From a bacterium (GTDB lineage: Bacteria; SZUA-182; DTGQ01; JAFGSM01): a stretch of 32,846 bases of DNA. The position numbers were made by a program, and so were the translations under genes. A model generated the notes under the pieces. That model did not search any database. It saw only the letters and a program-made list of their open reading frames with translations, and was not told the origin of the DNA. Below, one piece after another: positions 23,501-30,939 of this stretch; the stretch's first letter is position 1, and each line of letters begins with the position of its first letter. The stretch spans positions 1 to 32,846 of the forward strand of contig JBLIRP010000042.1 in NCBI GenBank assembly GCA_049472355.1, in the 5' to 3' direction.

Positions 23501-25085
23501 GCTGGATATTTTCCACGGGGTATCCCGAGCGCTGGAGCCGGATGTTCGAGGGAAAGCCGAAAAAGCTGGTGTGATCCATCAGCTTGTTGAACGTAATGGT
23601 GATGGTGGCATCCAGGGCCACTCCGGTCTCGTCGGGATCGGGGTCGGTATCGGTCACCTCCGACGGGATAAGGGTCTTGAACTGCAGATCGTAATCGGGG
23701 GGCAGGATTGGCAAACCGGACTGATCCAGGATGGCGGAGGTAAACTTGAACCGGTAGTAAGTGTTGGGATGGAGCTGATAGCCCGCCTCCCTCGGCTCAA
23801 TGATGAGATGGGTGTCCGTTCCGGAATCACGGAAGCGCCAGGTGAAGTCATTCGGGTTATATATGTCGGGATCGTTGATGATCATGAAATTTGCGTCGAG
23901 CATCTCGAAGGTCAGGCTGCTGCCCGCAACACCCAGTACAACGGTGGTGTCGTTGATGCGCTCGTTGAACACCACCTCGATGGTGCTGGTCTCCAGGGGC
24001 ACCTCCACGCTCCCGTTTGCCGGGCTCGTCCAGATGAGCGCCCCCTCCTTCCAACGGTACAGCCCCCCCTCCTGGGTTCCGAACCATACCTGGTGATTCA
24101 TGGTGCCCACAGTGTCCACCATGACATCGGTGATCACCTGTTCTTCGAGGTCAACGGAGGCGGGGAAACCGATCGGCTGCCACAGGTCAAAATCGAGGTC
24201 GTAGCGCGCGATGCCTTCATTGGTGACCACAATGATCCGGTTTGCGTCCTCATAGACGCCGAGCGCACGTATGTTATTAGAGGGAAGACCAAACTCGGAT
24301 GCCTCCCAGTGGTCCCATACATTCGGATCGGGTTGAAAATGCCACAACCCGGAATCATCACTCCCCAGCCACAGATCGCCGCTGTGCCCGATCTTGATGC
24401 TATTAAACACGAGGGTATCCCATCCGGAAGGGAGAAAGTAATCCCACGCATTGCCGCTGACCTTATAGCGGTAGACGCCGAAGAGGAATGAGAGCGCCCA
24501 GACAGTGCCATCCCCAGCCGAGTCTACCCCCCGGCACGAGATGGAATCAAATAAGGACGTATCATAGTTATAAAGGGTAAACTGATGTGTATTCTTGTCG
24601 AATCGATGGAGACCGTCATCAAGGTCCAAATTGCCGGTTCGTGCGATCCACACGTAATTTGCATCCGCCGTGATATCCACGATTTCATTGGGGTAAAGTA
24701 AACTGTTTGTAAATGTCCGGGGATTATTGGGATCGAGAAGATTGTCGGGATCATAGGAGACGAGGCCCTGCGATGTACCGAGCCAGAGCACATTATTCTG
24801 GTCTATATCCATACTTGTTAAAGGGGTATAGGAATCAATCAAGACATGTAATGTCCATCCCATATTCGGATCATCCAGCAGGAGGTCATAATCCACCAAC
24901 CCCTCATCGGCCGCGACCCAAACCCTGTCGGGGTCCGATGCAAGGCTGACGATGCGAGAGGAAGGGAAATAATCGGTATTATTGGGATCGAAATGCTCCC
25001 AGATTCCTTCAGCATTTCTTAGGGAAACTAGAAGAATAAGTATGATAAAAAATATTTTCCCGATATCTTTGAAGAAATTTTCCAT
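14580..25085 (-). CDS. Giant (3501 aa) exported surface protein: about five beta-propeller blocks, four SbsA/Big_5-like Ig domains, five copies of a roughly 110-aa WIDxxxxG domain, cohesin-like, HYR-like and PKD-like domains, and a Tyr-rich low-complexity tail
   Basis: Signal peptide; xxxDxxGxxWxxT propeller repeats; YLVVWxD repeats; TSP..G...V.....I.V.F...MD...D..GNPL....F.T Ig pattern; IPVKVQNAPNSVESFSFEITYNPSILEY cohesin-like segment; YEW...GTHAVELIVTD PKD-like segment. Confidence 0.92.
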   Translation of the reverse strand: MENFFKDIGKIFFIILILLVSLRNAEGIWEHFDPNNTDYFPSSRIVSLASDPDRVWVAADEGLVDYDLLLDDPNMGWTLHVLIDSYTPLTSMDIDQNNVLWLGTSQGLVSYDPDNLLDPNNPRTFTNSLLYPNEIVDITADANYVWIARTGNLDLDDGLHRFDKNTHQFTLYNYDTSLFDSISCRGVDSAGDGTVWALSFLFGVYRYKVSGNAWDYFLPSGWDTLVFNSIKIGHSGDLWLGSDDSGLWHFQPDPNVWDHWEASEFGLPSNNIRALGVYEDANRIIVVTNEGIARYDLDFDLWQPIGFPASVDLEEQVITDVMVDTVGTMNHQVWFGTQEGGLYRWKEGALIWTSPANGSVEVPLETSTIEVVFNERINDTTVVLGVAGSSLTFEMLDANFMIINDPDIYNPNDFTWRFRDSGTDTHLIIEPREAGYQLHPNTYYRFKFTSAILDQSGLPILPPDYDLQFKTLIPSEVTDTDPDPDETGVALDATITITFNKLMDHTSFFGFPSNIRLQRSGYPVENIQQGETSFLDANNRTILYITKSGGFVPGSQYTLTMINDVTDLFGNPLAEDLVLTFTTVLPAAYPLDPYQAWPAVAIDPNGITIDPNDIGFSAMGISPADGSLWTGLASIDSGTGIWTGLGLYRFDGIGWTHYTASDPNCGLTSDYITDVAFDSTGNVWVATEPDPNNIGGGVARFDGQDWSLYSPASDPSRFYIVDRAGLTPEAIQAFFRVNAIDVYPTGTGDLIWIATTGGIGVGQYDANLGDWKWSAKADPQTLHMLAADPVTGTIWLESGNPIWDPSDPCNYIAGIDALKFAERLDQWPEVWDPNIWAWNPNGGLPKVRLIGQVRPFLRGMTVDGNGSLWLAAYDGLYTINIDNLLLGVCDFVAYDYTDTAGGLLYDSIYEVTKSQDDPNLLWVVTSADPNQGAGISSYDVTAPTGSPDSWARYAFAGDEVFTVFPIKNGGIMAGTSEGLLIVGDNGSPAVTGSYPSDSNTNIPVCGPFWVQFSELMDTDGVQAVFSLMDASSNTVAGSFSWEGTRLIFTPSSPLITSTLYSMRVAATGEDLSGNPLSQTYQVSFRTSSGWIVSTSPHQGQQEVSIAERVVIRFDRAMDPNSVQGAFCLKIDPDWAGPGYSCAGGSFVWPAAQYNEVLYFYPNQPLSQGMLYIFSIEETARDSIGNAMPSPLSIKFVTRSDSFTSVLPGDPIIFQQDQNRRTNRKLNTRIASNGEGYLCVWQEHKGTERDVHAQLLDREGAVQGDLVTVGSIAGNQRNPDVGSDGDRYLVVWADGRNEDPDNTEGLDIYGAIVSAQGDLVDEVPIAAGTGSQNFPRVKWHGDHYLVVWEDWTEHDAEKGKVSLYGKRLDADGAIIDQDPVEISTDMAYNKKGIRPCFDIASLEDPNGVSWIVAWSGSVQDPSEYGLDILARFIQVDPSGTLELSLLLAQIPISGLDQYNPSVEGLNNQFLVVWEQWADDEGTDTDVWGIMLNMHGEFAGGLINIGSASKKQRYPELATNGRGFFAVWLDQRDSTTEQPVEHIYGIRISPEGYLLQDDPESFGGTRLSEDANQFIWLTDAATPGGDDDRYFCLWSARDDDVWTLQGRMYDPPPPPWLEWVGIDDYEEDGVNPDQAAGGSIFTFKVKYFSDPEIDEGPEVAQVWIDLDGSGRFGSDERFDMTAEGSGDFTLGRAYTLQKKILYDGEGTLTYRFFFADPYNVATGDPAEGDTFEVELVGKRPFLDWTEEVGFTADGARPDGIRWGESSSIEFRVLYQDENNDAPATKRLWVDRNEDGYYDPNEVWDMHASGSDYQNGEIFTTTLTLESDEVTTMTYRFEFDDGKNRSTGEPLSGSYLSFNPLGETAACLNTHQQLFPSITVTLDGYQVFWQDSRDWELDADDALIKRSHIYMELLDANMRVMDAAGEPGQIKLDTGDMGAFKPSAIHSKATGKTLVIWEDLRNGATIDPSEDAGNYFKPEAIYEGLDIYGIFLDENGTPFTDTGNANEAGEFVIADASCISDPSIDRNALNPAMAMGYNGQYLVAWEDESKIARSAKTDIHARFVNHPGGAFGEVFELKINNWAETGGELGDEHQLLPRVAWNGEYYMVVWMDVAGASPSSGYHYSRIYGLRISPGGDLYPEGVGFKLFDEDYRADPNRNQILPDIASDGNDFLVVWQDDRFVNTDRGYDIYGMRINSNGEALDLPFKEIPICTADGYQVRPRVVWDPQGNQYLISWLDIAYELAPEDMLAHRLSVPYPRTGNVRVVRMDSNGRLLDGSPVSSGKYEGMQPVGVSLSQDRPAMTCDSASGCAFIWEDIRNSRSYDLYTTSFQTTLNWVDEDDYGNKGVHPASASPGETFTFKVHYRDRLENPPAKAQVWIDLNDDGDFEDEGEKIDMGSEDPNATMENGMIYTYSKEIGFPEDTDGVLAYRFYFEDENGAEAPGIASGINFLTLTITEAPQLDWAGGTGFTSDGVAPNQGDSGSLFVFKVKYTDPANIEPEVTSVWIDIDDSGAYGSTEKLLMKEEDEDDVDYSDGKIYTLSVNLTYRGDGTINYRFYFHNGVMEAQGDPTEDHSFRINEFPPSERWTFFHMDEGPGDGPAGNYVTCLEVDGDNVLWAGFYPDQDDPENFGGVSSYDGDVWRTFREGSGIPGNSVVRIAITPDDEVWIGTWEGIARYDGSQWETVLDIVDPNSFVSSLIAGGEGQVWFSTYPTQDPDTLEISDSVLTKYENGIKTLYSSREKLGGNWISALAADQDGRIWAGVTDVRLDANQMVVFDYKGIVVLDPDTEEIVEYSKSQGTYPGGDLVRTIYVDDEGDVWVGSQDPGTSSDYAVPLAMGLSHFDADQDTWTQYKNGVGGVKMGSNMVTAVCRRGNDLYIGHWPESETLIGGATHHNLATGTWQLLNSDTEPVDTSFNAISDIVIDEGGNVWFGTIDGLVRYSHPSTVLTFMDSDFKNGVSPQIGMMGTHFEFRVDYLQKENDPPDAAQVWIDLNDDGAYTQQEMFDMLPCDPYDQNYANGMSYYFSIPIDYMGDGYLSYRFHFERDGISVPGTPSEDHELTVTDYCIHDDSGSLDIIDAYGMIGYEILIPVKVQNAPNSVESFSFEITYNPSILEYTGFFPGKGMANFDFFDVIEPEGAGTLRIGGFELGDDSIQSGSHKNIIFLEFFVIGCEGFDIGTGFDLRNLEDDFEGWTISGGCFTCIDDIEPPVPEIDPLPDIVAECSVVLNPPTAIDDYAGHVEAMTNDPLIYMDQGTYEVTWVYDDGFGNLAVQEQRVEIADKTAPTVYAGNDMEVEEIGLLTLTATASDNCSNDLVYEWYEGGTLLGKGNPLNYKFNAGTHAVELIVTDKGGNFAIDTVVIRVKNGSAGTDTFFPPYTPYITGIPPYQKITFLYQYQSPLWTPAGQYSYQAPNLFSYSHLTLSNLNASNRSSVPSYGYSNNQYGQYPSTNSFGRISLSTQLFSPYSYINNSYFYSKGYGFFNGTQLNNFYHGYGLTYYPRNLFPKYP

Positions 25086-25385
25086 GTTCCATTTCCTGAC
25101 TTTCTTGCTAATGGCAATAGCAGAAGACTCCCGGAGCTTGGAATTCTGTTAAAGACTTTACTTCTTAAAGGAAGTCTTTATCAAGAAAACAAATACGATA
25201 TTTATTAAAGTAAAATTTAAAAAGGGAAATATATAATGAAAAAAAATGAACGCGGTATGTGAAAAGAAGGGGCTGTTAGAGTTTCCCCTCTTTTTTTCCG
25301 TTTCTTCGAAATTCATTACCTGCAAAACATCCGTCTCAAATTACGGATGCCTTCATAGGCTTTATTTTAGGTCACTATCATCTTT

Positions 25386-25518
25386 GATGGAATCGTAAAA
25401 AGTCGATTTTGCCCTATTCTGTCATTCCATGCTTGACACGGAATGAAGTGTTTTCAAATAGTTCTGGACTCCGGCCTTCGCCGGAGTGACACGTTTGACG
25501 ACTTTTTACGAGGCCATC
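25386..25518. mobile_element. 133-bp MITE with 20-bp terminal inverted repeats, flanking direct repeat and internal REP-like hairpins
   Basis: GATGGAATCGTAAAAAGTCG / CGACTTTTTACGAGGCCATC (18/20 match). ATCTTT is duplicated at 25380-25385 and 25519-25524. Internal GTCATTCC..GGAATGA and CTGGACTCCGGCCTTCGCCGGAGTGAC. Confidence 0.8.
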
Positions 25519-25938
25519 ATCTTTGATAATTGATAGTTAATCTTCCAACTTATTCAAGGAGATATATATACCCATTAACCCGGGTGATGCGAATGAAATC
25601 TCATTCTGGGACGAGTACTAAAATGCACTATATCACGAATGATTGAGACAAGGCAATTTCTAGGGATTGACCATATAATATAGAAGGATAAAGGGATAAG
25701 TGATAAGTGGTCAGGAAAGTATGAGCAGGAAAACTGTTGGACTCTATTGACATAATCACATCCTGGTGCGTATACTTCCAATTACCTACACCCATATTCC
25801 TTATGTATATAAAAAGTCGAGCCAGGGAAGAGCGTTCTTCTTGTAACAGAAATATTGGCAAAAACAAAAATATCGGCAAAGAGGTGCGTCACCGTGAAGG
25901 TCGATTGGGGCTTCGTTTTTTCTCGATTCAATGTCTTT

Positions 25939-26700
25939 ATGAAAATCTACTGGCCCTACATTATCGTGCCGCTCTTCCTGATCCTTCTTCTGTATTGGCT
26001 GTTACCACCCGCAAAACGGGAATGGGTTAAGGATTCTCTTATCCCCATCCTGTTCTTTCTCTTCATGACCTCCCGTATCCTCTGGCGGGCCATAACCATC
26101 GTTATGCGATGGACGGGCAAGCCCCATATCCTGATCCTGATATCGGTCAACAACCTCTTGATCCTGCTATTTATGGCCCTTACCATTACAAGCTATATCA
26201 TCAGGAGCAAACCGACCCACAGGGCAACGGGGTTTATGGAGCGGTTCTTTCCCCTCTTTGTGGTATTTTTTCATCTCTTTGGCTCCTACCTCATTGCCAT
26301 GTTCACAAAATTCCGCCTCAATCTCACCCTTTACATCGCGGGCATCGCCATCTCCGTGCTCGGTGTATCCCTGGACTGCATGGCCATGTGGAAATTGAAA
26401 AGGTCATTCAGTATCATGGCGGAGGTGCGGCCCCTCATCACCAAAGGGATATACGGCAGGATACGCCATCCTCTCTACGCGGGAGAGCTCATCCATTTCT
26501 TCGGGATTTCGCTGCTTTTTAACAATAAGACGGCATACGGCCTGTTTGTATTGCTTCTTATCATGCAGACCGTGAGGGCGCTTATAGAAGAGAAAAAAAT
26601 GATCGCTCATTTCCCTGAATACGGAGAATACCGGAAGCGCACCGGATTCTTTCTCCCCAGGTTCAGGCGGAAGATGATTGTGCGGCCTCAAACCCCTTGA
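25939..26700 (+). CDS. Isoprenylcysteine carboxyl methyltransferase / PEMT family membrane protein
   Basis: LKRSFSI.AE.RPLITKGIYGRIRHPLYAG, RALIEEK and YGEYRKRT motifs; multiple TM. Start uncertain (25855 or 25939). Confidence 0.88.
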   Translation: MKIYWPYIIVPLFLILLLYWLLPPAKREWVKDSLIPILFFLFMTSRILWRAITIVMRWTGKPHILILISVNNLLILLFMALTITSYIIRSKPTHRATGFMERFFPLFVVFFHLFGSYLIAMFTKFRLNLTLYIAGIAISVLGVSLDCMAMWKLKRSFSIMAEVRPLITKGIYGRIRHPLYAGELIHFFGISLLFNNKTAYGLFVLLLIMQTVRALIEEKKMIAHFPEYGEYRKRTGFFLPRFRRKMIVRPQTP

Positions 26701-26743
26701 TTGGGCTCAAATAGTCCGCCTCTGCCATCATTGCGGACCACGA

Positions 26744-26775
26744 ATGAACTACCCCACTGCAAGGAGTGAGATATC
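26744..26775. repeat. Degenerate IS200/IS605-end-like hairpin
   Basis: ATGAACTACCCCACTGCAAGGAGTGAGATATC, related to the 13807-13881 element. Confidence 0.4.
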
Positions 26776-26837
26776 AACGCATGACGATTTCTTTCATGGA
26801 GCAAAAGCGTGGCCATCCGGCTGGGGACCGTCAAGGA

Positions 26838-29765
26838 TCAATAGACCTCGATGTCGTCAAATGCGAATCCGTCCGACATGGCAGGGTAATTGTCAAACTG
26901 TTGGAATTTGATCCTGAAGGCCCTGGTATAGCTGATACCCGCCCGTGCGACAGCCGCGTCGAGGTCCGCCTCGAACATCCGCCAGTACGGGCCGATACCC
27001 TCCCGGCTGGTCAGCCCTTGCAGAGTATGCCAGGTAATCCCGTCCGAGCTGACCGCCACGCCGTCCCCATTGGCGGAGCCGGTGAAGACATCGGGAAGAA
27101 AATTGTCCTCGTCGTTGAACTCCTTGTGGCAAAACCGCAGCATCACCCCGCTTCTTCCGGCAAGGTCGATGGTTAGGACAAGCTCGTTGCTTGAATAGGT
27201 GCCGCTCCGGGAGCTATCCATGGTGAGGTGGCAGATCCCTGCATAAGGGCCGTTACTTAAGGTGACCTGGATCCTTCCTGCTGCAGTGGATGCATACGTC
27301 CAAAAATTCCCTAACACCCCTGACTCGAAATCCTCCCGAAAGGGGAATAATGCGGACGCAGCCAGGGGATCGGTCCCTGCCCTGTATTCCACAATATTCG
27401 TCTTCCCGTCCCCATCCGGATCGTCATCCTTATCGGCGGCATCAAGGGGATCCAACCCGTAGAGACTCTCCCAGCCGTCGGGCATACCATCCGCATCGCT
27501 GTCGGTGACTGTGGGATCGGTCTTCATCAGGTATTCATCCGCATTGTTCAGACCATCCCCGTCATAATCACCCGTTCCATTGTCTGAGAGGCTTCCGAAA
27601 AAACGTACCTCCCAGTCGTCGGGGAGTCCGTCGCTATCGCTGTCAGTGATGCGGCGGTAGACCTCGATATCGTCAAAGGCAAATCCGTCCGATGTGATAT
27701 AGTAATTGTCATACTGCTGGAATTTGATCCCGAATGTCCCGGTGTAGCTGATCCCCGCCCGTGCGACAGCCGCATCGAGGTCCATCTCGAACATCCGCCA
27801 GGATGAACCGATGCCCTCCCGGCTGGTCAGCCCTTGCAAGGTGTGCCAGGTGACCCCATCCGCACTAACCGCCACCCCGTCCCCGTTGGCGGAGCCGGTA
27901 AAGACAGCGGGAAGGGAATTGTCCTCGTCGCTAAACTCCTTGTGGTAGAATCGCAGCATCACCCCGTCTCTTCCGGCAAGATCGATGGTCAGGACAAGCT
28001 CGTTGCTGGAATATGCGCCGCTCTGGTAACTGTCCATAGTGACGTGATAGATCCCTGCATAGGGGCCGTCACTCGATGTTACCTGGATCCTTCCTGCAGC
28101 GGTAGATGTGTAGGTCCAGACATTCCCCAGCATTCCCGACTCGAAATCCTCCCGAAAGGGGAAGGATGCGGACGCAGCCAGGGGATCGGTACCTGCCCTG
28201 TATTCCTCGATGTTCGATTTGCCGTCCCTGTCCGGATCATCGCCCGCATCGGCGGCATCAAGGGGATCCAGCCCGTAGAGACTCTCCCACCCGTCGGGTA
28301 TACCATCCATATCAGTGTCCGATACAGCAGGACTGGTTTTCATCAGGTATTCATCCGCATTGCTCAGTCCATCCACGTCATAATCACCGGTTCCCTCCTC
28401 CAGGAGACTTCCGAATGAGCATACCTCCCAGTCATCGGGAAGACCGTCACTGTCGGTGTCAGTCATGCGCCTATAGAGTTCAATGTCGTCAAAGGCAAAT
28501 CCATCCGACGTGACAGGGTAATTGTCATACTGCTGGAATTTGATCCTGAAGGCGCTGCTGTATTTTATGCCCGCCCGTGCGACAGCCGCATCAAGGTCCA
28601 GATCGAACATCCGCCAGGGTGAGCCGATACCCTCTCTGCTGGTCAGCCCCTGCACCGTATGCCAGGTATTCCCATCCGCACTGACCGCCACCCCGTCCCC
28701 GTTGGCGGAGCCGGTAAAGACAGCAGGGAGGGAATTGTCCTCGTCGCTGAACTCCTTGTGGTAGAACCGCAGCATCACCCCGTCTCTTCCGGCAAGGTCG
28801 ATGGTCAGGACAAGGTCGTTGCGGGAGTAGGTACCGCTCCGGGAGCTGTCCATGGTGAGATGGTAGCCCCCTGCATAGGGACCGTTTGCAGCGGTGATCT
28901 GAATACGTCCGGTACCCGTGGAGGTTGTTTTCCAGGCACTTCCGAGGGTTCCCTGTTCGAAATCCTCAAAAAATATGGCAGTCTGGGCATCATCGCAGTC
29001 ACCGTCACAGATGCGGTACCCGTCACCGTCCGCATCCATCTCATTGGCAGGCACGCTCCCGTCACAATCGTTATCAATGCCGTCGCATACCTCCGGCATG
29101 GGTTGTGCTGCGGTGCACCCTACCCACTGCCCACTCTGGCATTGCTCCGTTCCTGTGCCGCATGCCGTCGAACATACACGGGTCAGCCCCTCATCCACGT
29201 CACCGTCACAGTCGTTGTCTTTACCGTCGCACAGCTCGGCGGCATTCGGATATACGGATGCATTCCCATCATCGCAGTCACCAGCGCATATCCGATACCC
29301 GTCACGGTCCGCATCAGCCTCATCGGCAGGCACGATCCCATCACCATCATTGTCCGTGCCGTCACACTGCTCAGGGATCGGTGGTTCGACAGGCGGTACA
29401 CCCGAAGGCGAATAACATTCCTCATTGGAATCACCACTCTCAAGCCCAGAGACATCGAAGGCCCTCGCTACAAAACAATAGCTCGTTGCATCATCCAACT
29501 GGGAAACGGTACACGTGGTTTGGTTGGGATCCCTACCGACCCAGACAGGCGAGGTATAGTCATAGCTGGGCACCTCCTTCCTGCGGCAGAAAATCTTGTA
29601 TCCGGCCAGATCCGGCTCGGTATTTCTGTCCCAGGCAAGGGCAATGTCGAGCGAATACACGGTGCGGGCGGTCATGATAATAAGGCAAAATACGCCGAGA
29701 AATAGACAAATCAATGAAATATGGATCGTGTCCTGGAAGCGCTTCCTCCGCTGCTGCAATAACAT
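26838..29765 (-). CDS. Exported 975-aa protein: FN3 domain, Cys/Asp-rich putative metal-binding repeats, and three copies of a roughly 170-aa beta-sandwich domain separated by bacterial TSP3-like repeats
   Basis: Signal/TM segment; LAWDRNTEPDLAGYKI...YCFVARAFD..GLES..SNE; E.CDG.DNDCDG repeats; DTDSDGLPDDWE and DPD.DG..N..EY.AGTDP repeats; FxEDFExG...DGFAFDDIE three times. Confidence 0.9.
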   Translation of the reverse strand: MLLQQRRKRFQDTIHISLICLFLGVFCLIIMTARTVYSLDIALAWDRNTEPDLAGYKIFCRRKEVPSYDYTSPVWVGRDPNQTTCTVSQLDDATSYCFVARAFDVSGLESGDSNEECYSPSGVPPVEPPIPEQCDGTDNDGDGIVPADEADADRDGYRICAGDCDDGNASVYPNAAELCDGKDNDCDGDVDEGLTRVCSTACGTGTEQCQSGQWVGCTAAQPMPEVCDGIDNDCDGSVPANEMDADGDGYRICDGDCDDAQTAIFFEDFEQGTLGSAWKTTSTGTGRIQITAANGPYAGGYHLTMDSSRSGTYSRNDLVLTIDLAGRDGVMLRFYHKEFSDEDNSLPAVFTGSANGDGVAVSADGNTWHTVQGLTSREGIGSPWRMFDLDLDAAVARAGIKYSSAFRIKFQQYDNYPVTSDGFAFDDIELYRRMTDTDSDGLPDDWEVCSFGSLLEEGTGDYDVDGLSNADEYLMKTSPAVSDTDMDGIPDGWESLYGLDPLDAADAGDDPDRDGKSNIEEYRAGTDPLAASASFPFREDFESGMLGNVWTYTSTAAGRIQVTSSDGPYAGIYHVTMDSYQSGAYSSNELVLTIDLAGRDGVMLRFYHKEFSDEDNSLPAVFTGSANGDGVAVSADGVTWHTLQGLTSREGIGSSWRMFEMDLDAAVARAGISYTGTFGIKFQQYDNYYITSDGFAFDDIEVYRRITDSDSDGLPDDWEVRFFGSLSDNGTGDYDGDGLNNADEYLMKTDPTVTDSDADGMPDGWESLYGLDPLDAADKDDDPDGDGKTNIVEYRAGTDPLAASALFPFREDFESGVLGNFWTYASTAAGRIQVTLSNGPYAGICHLTMDSSRSGTYSSNELVLTIDLAGRSGVMLRFCHKEFNDEDNFLPDVFTGSANGDGVAVSSDGITWHTLQGLTSREGIGPYWRMFEADLDAAVARAGISYTRAFRIKFQQFDNYPAMSDGFAFDDIEVY
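26841..28975 (-). repeat. In-frame tandem repeat, period 816 bp (272 aa), about 2.6 units
   Basis: Equivalent positions at 26841, 27657 and 28473; high nucleotide similarity with many third-position differences. Confidence 0.9.
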
Positions 29766-30103
29766 GATGTTCCCCCAACAATCGCTTCAATGATGTCAAA
29801 ACAGGCTTCCCCGAAGCAGTGGCCGTTGCCCTTGTAAAGTAGTATCCCTTACTGCTCATGGTGGTCCGGAAGCCTCGTCGATGAGATTCTGCGGGCAGTA
29901 TGTAACGATGAGATGGAGACATTAAGGAAAGTATGTGCTTGGAATGATTTTGGACAGAGATCGAGTAACTCCATAATACATGATTCCCCCCCGAGAATAT
30001 AATTATGTATTGATGGATCAAGCTATATAAATGAATAGGTAACGATAATAACTTTATGTAGACGAATATCTTTTTTATTCGTTATGGAGTAATGTACTTC
30101 TCT

Positions 30104-30235
30104 TCAAAAGGCAGGGCATCGAAGGAGTTTCTCCATGGCATAGACGCGGGCAGGGACCATAATCCCCTCTCTAAAACCTGGGGGTATTTCCCGGATGGTG
30201 TCGCTGATCTTTTTTATATATGAAGGTATTGTCAT
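30104..30235 (-). pseudogene. rtcB: Truncated N-terminus of RNA ligase RtcB (43 codons)
   Basis: GGAGG RBS then MTIPSYIKKISDTIREIPPGFREGIMVPARVYAMEKLL, resembling the RtcB start (KI.D..WEIP....GM.VPAR.YA.EKLL), followed by a stop five codons later. Confidence 0.65.
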
Positions 30236-30425
30236 AAAAGGACCTCCGTTTAAAATCGAACACGTTCACCTTGCATGAGGTATTCAGATGCCTTTCTTCT
30301 CAACATCGAGGCCCGTTTCTCCTTGCGGCATTGATGGGCGGTGTATCCGCTCATGAATTTCGAAGATCTCTTCATTAAGAGATCTTCCTCCCGTTTAAGG
30401 CCCCTACGGTATCAGTGAGCAGTCC

Positions 30426-30767
30426 TCAGCAGGTCAGATGAAACGCCCCGACAACCCTCTTGGAGCCGCTCTTTTCATTAAACAAATCCACCGCATCGTG
30501 CGTATTTGCATGGATTGCTTCAATGCCGTGTTTTCTCAATCCCTCTATCGTCGAATCGGGAACATCCATAACACCGGACGCCCCCGTGCCGATAACAAGC
30601 AATTCCGGCCCATATGCAATGACTTCCTTTAAGTCTTCCAATGCCAAAGAATGGCCTTGCTTGCGCCACCAGTCCGCATGCACCTGGTCGGGAAAGACGA
30701 TCAAGTCCTTCTCATATATCCTTCCGTTCACCGTCATGCTTCCAAACGAGTAGTGCTCTATTTTCAT
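30426..30767 (-). CDS. Mth938-like domain protein (DUF498/DUF598)
   Basis: MKIEHYSFGSMTVNG..Y.KDLIV, WWRKQGH, PELLVIGTG.SG and C-terminal GAFHLTC. Confidence 0.92.
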   Translation of the reverse strand: MKIEHYSFGSMTVNGRIYEKDLIVFPDQVHADWWRKQGHSLALEDLKEVIAYGPELLVIGTGASGVMDVPDSTIEGLRKHGIEAIHANTHDAVDLFNEKSGSKRVVGAFHLTC

Positions 30768-30939
30768 GGTATTATTCATTCTCCCGTTTCGTCCATGATT
30801 CCTGCCAGGCATAAACCATTATCACCAGGCCCTCCGTCGGCACGGGGGCCAGGCAACCAGAGGCATGTCCATGAAGATCCTCGCTTTCCGGTCCGCCTGC
30901 TGAGGCTCCACATGAACAAGGAGCCGGAATGGAGCATTC

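Noticed and set aside
26841..28975. Repeat units as a diversity-generating retroelement TR/VR pair
   Set aside because: All copies are in-frame coding, the differences are not adenine-specific, and no reverse transcriptase is present in the window.
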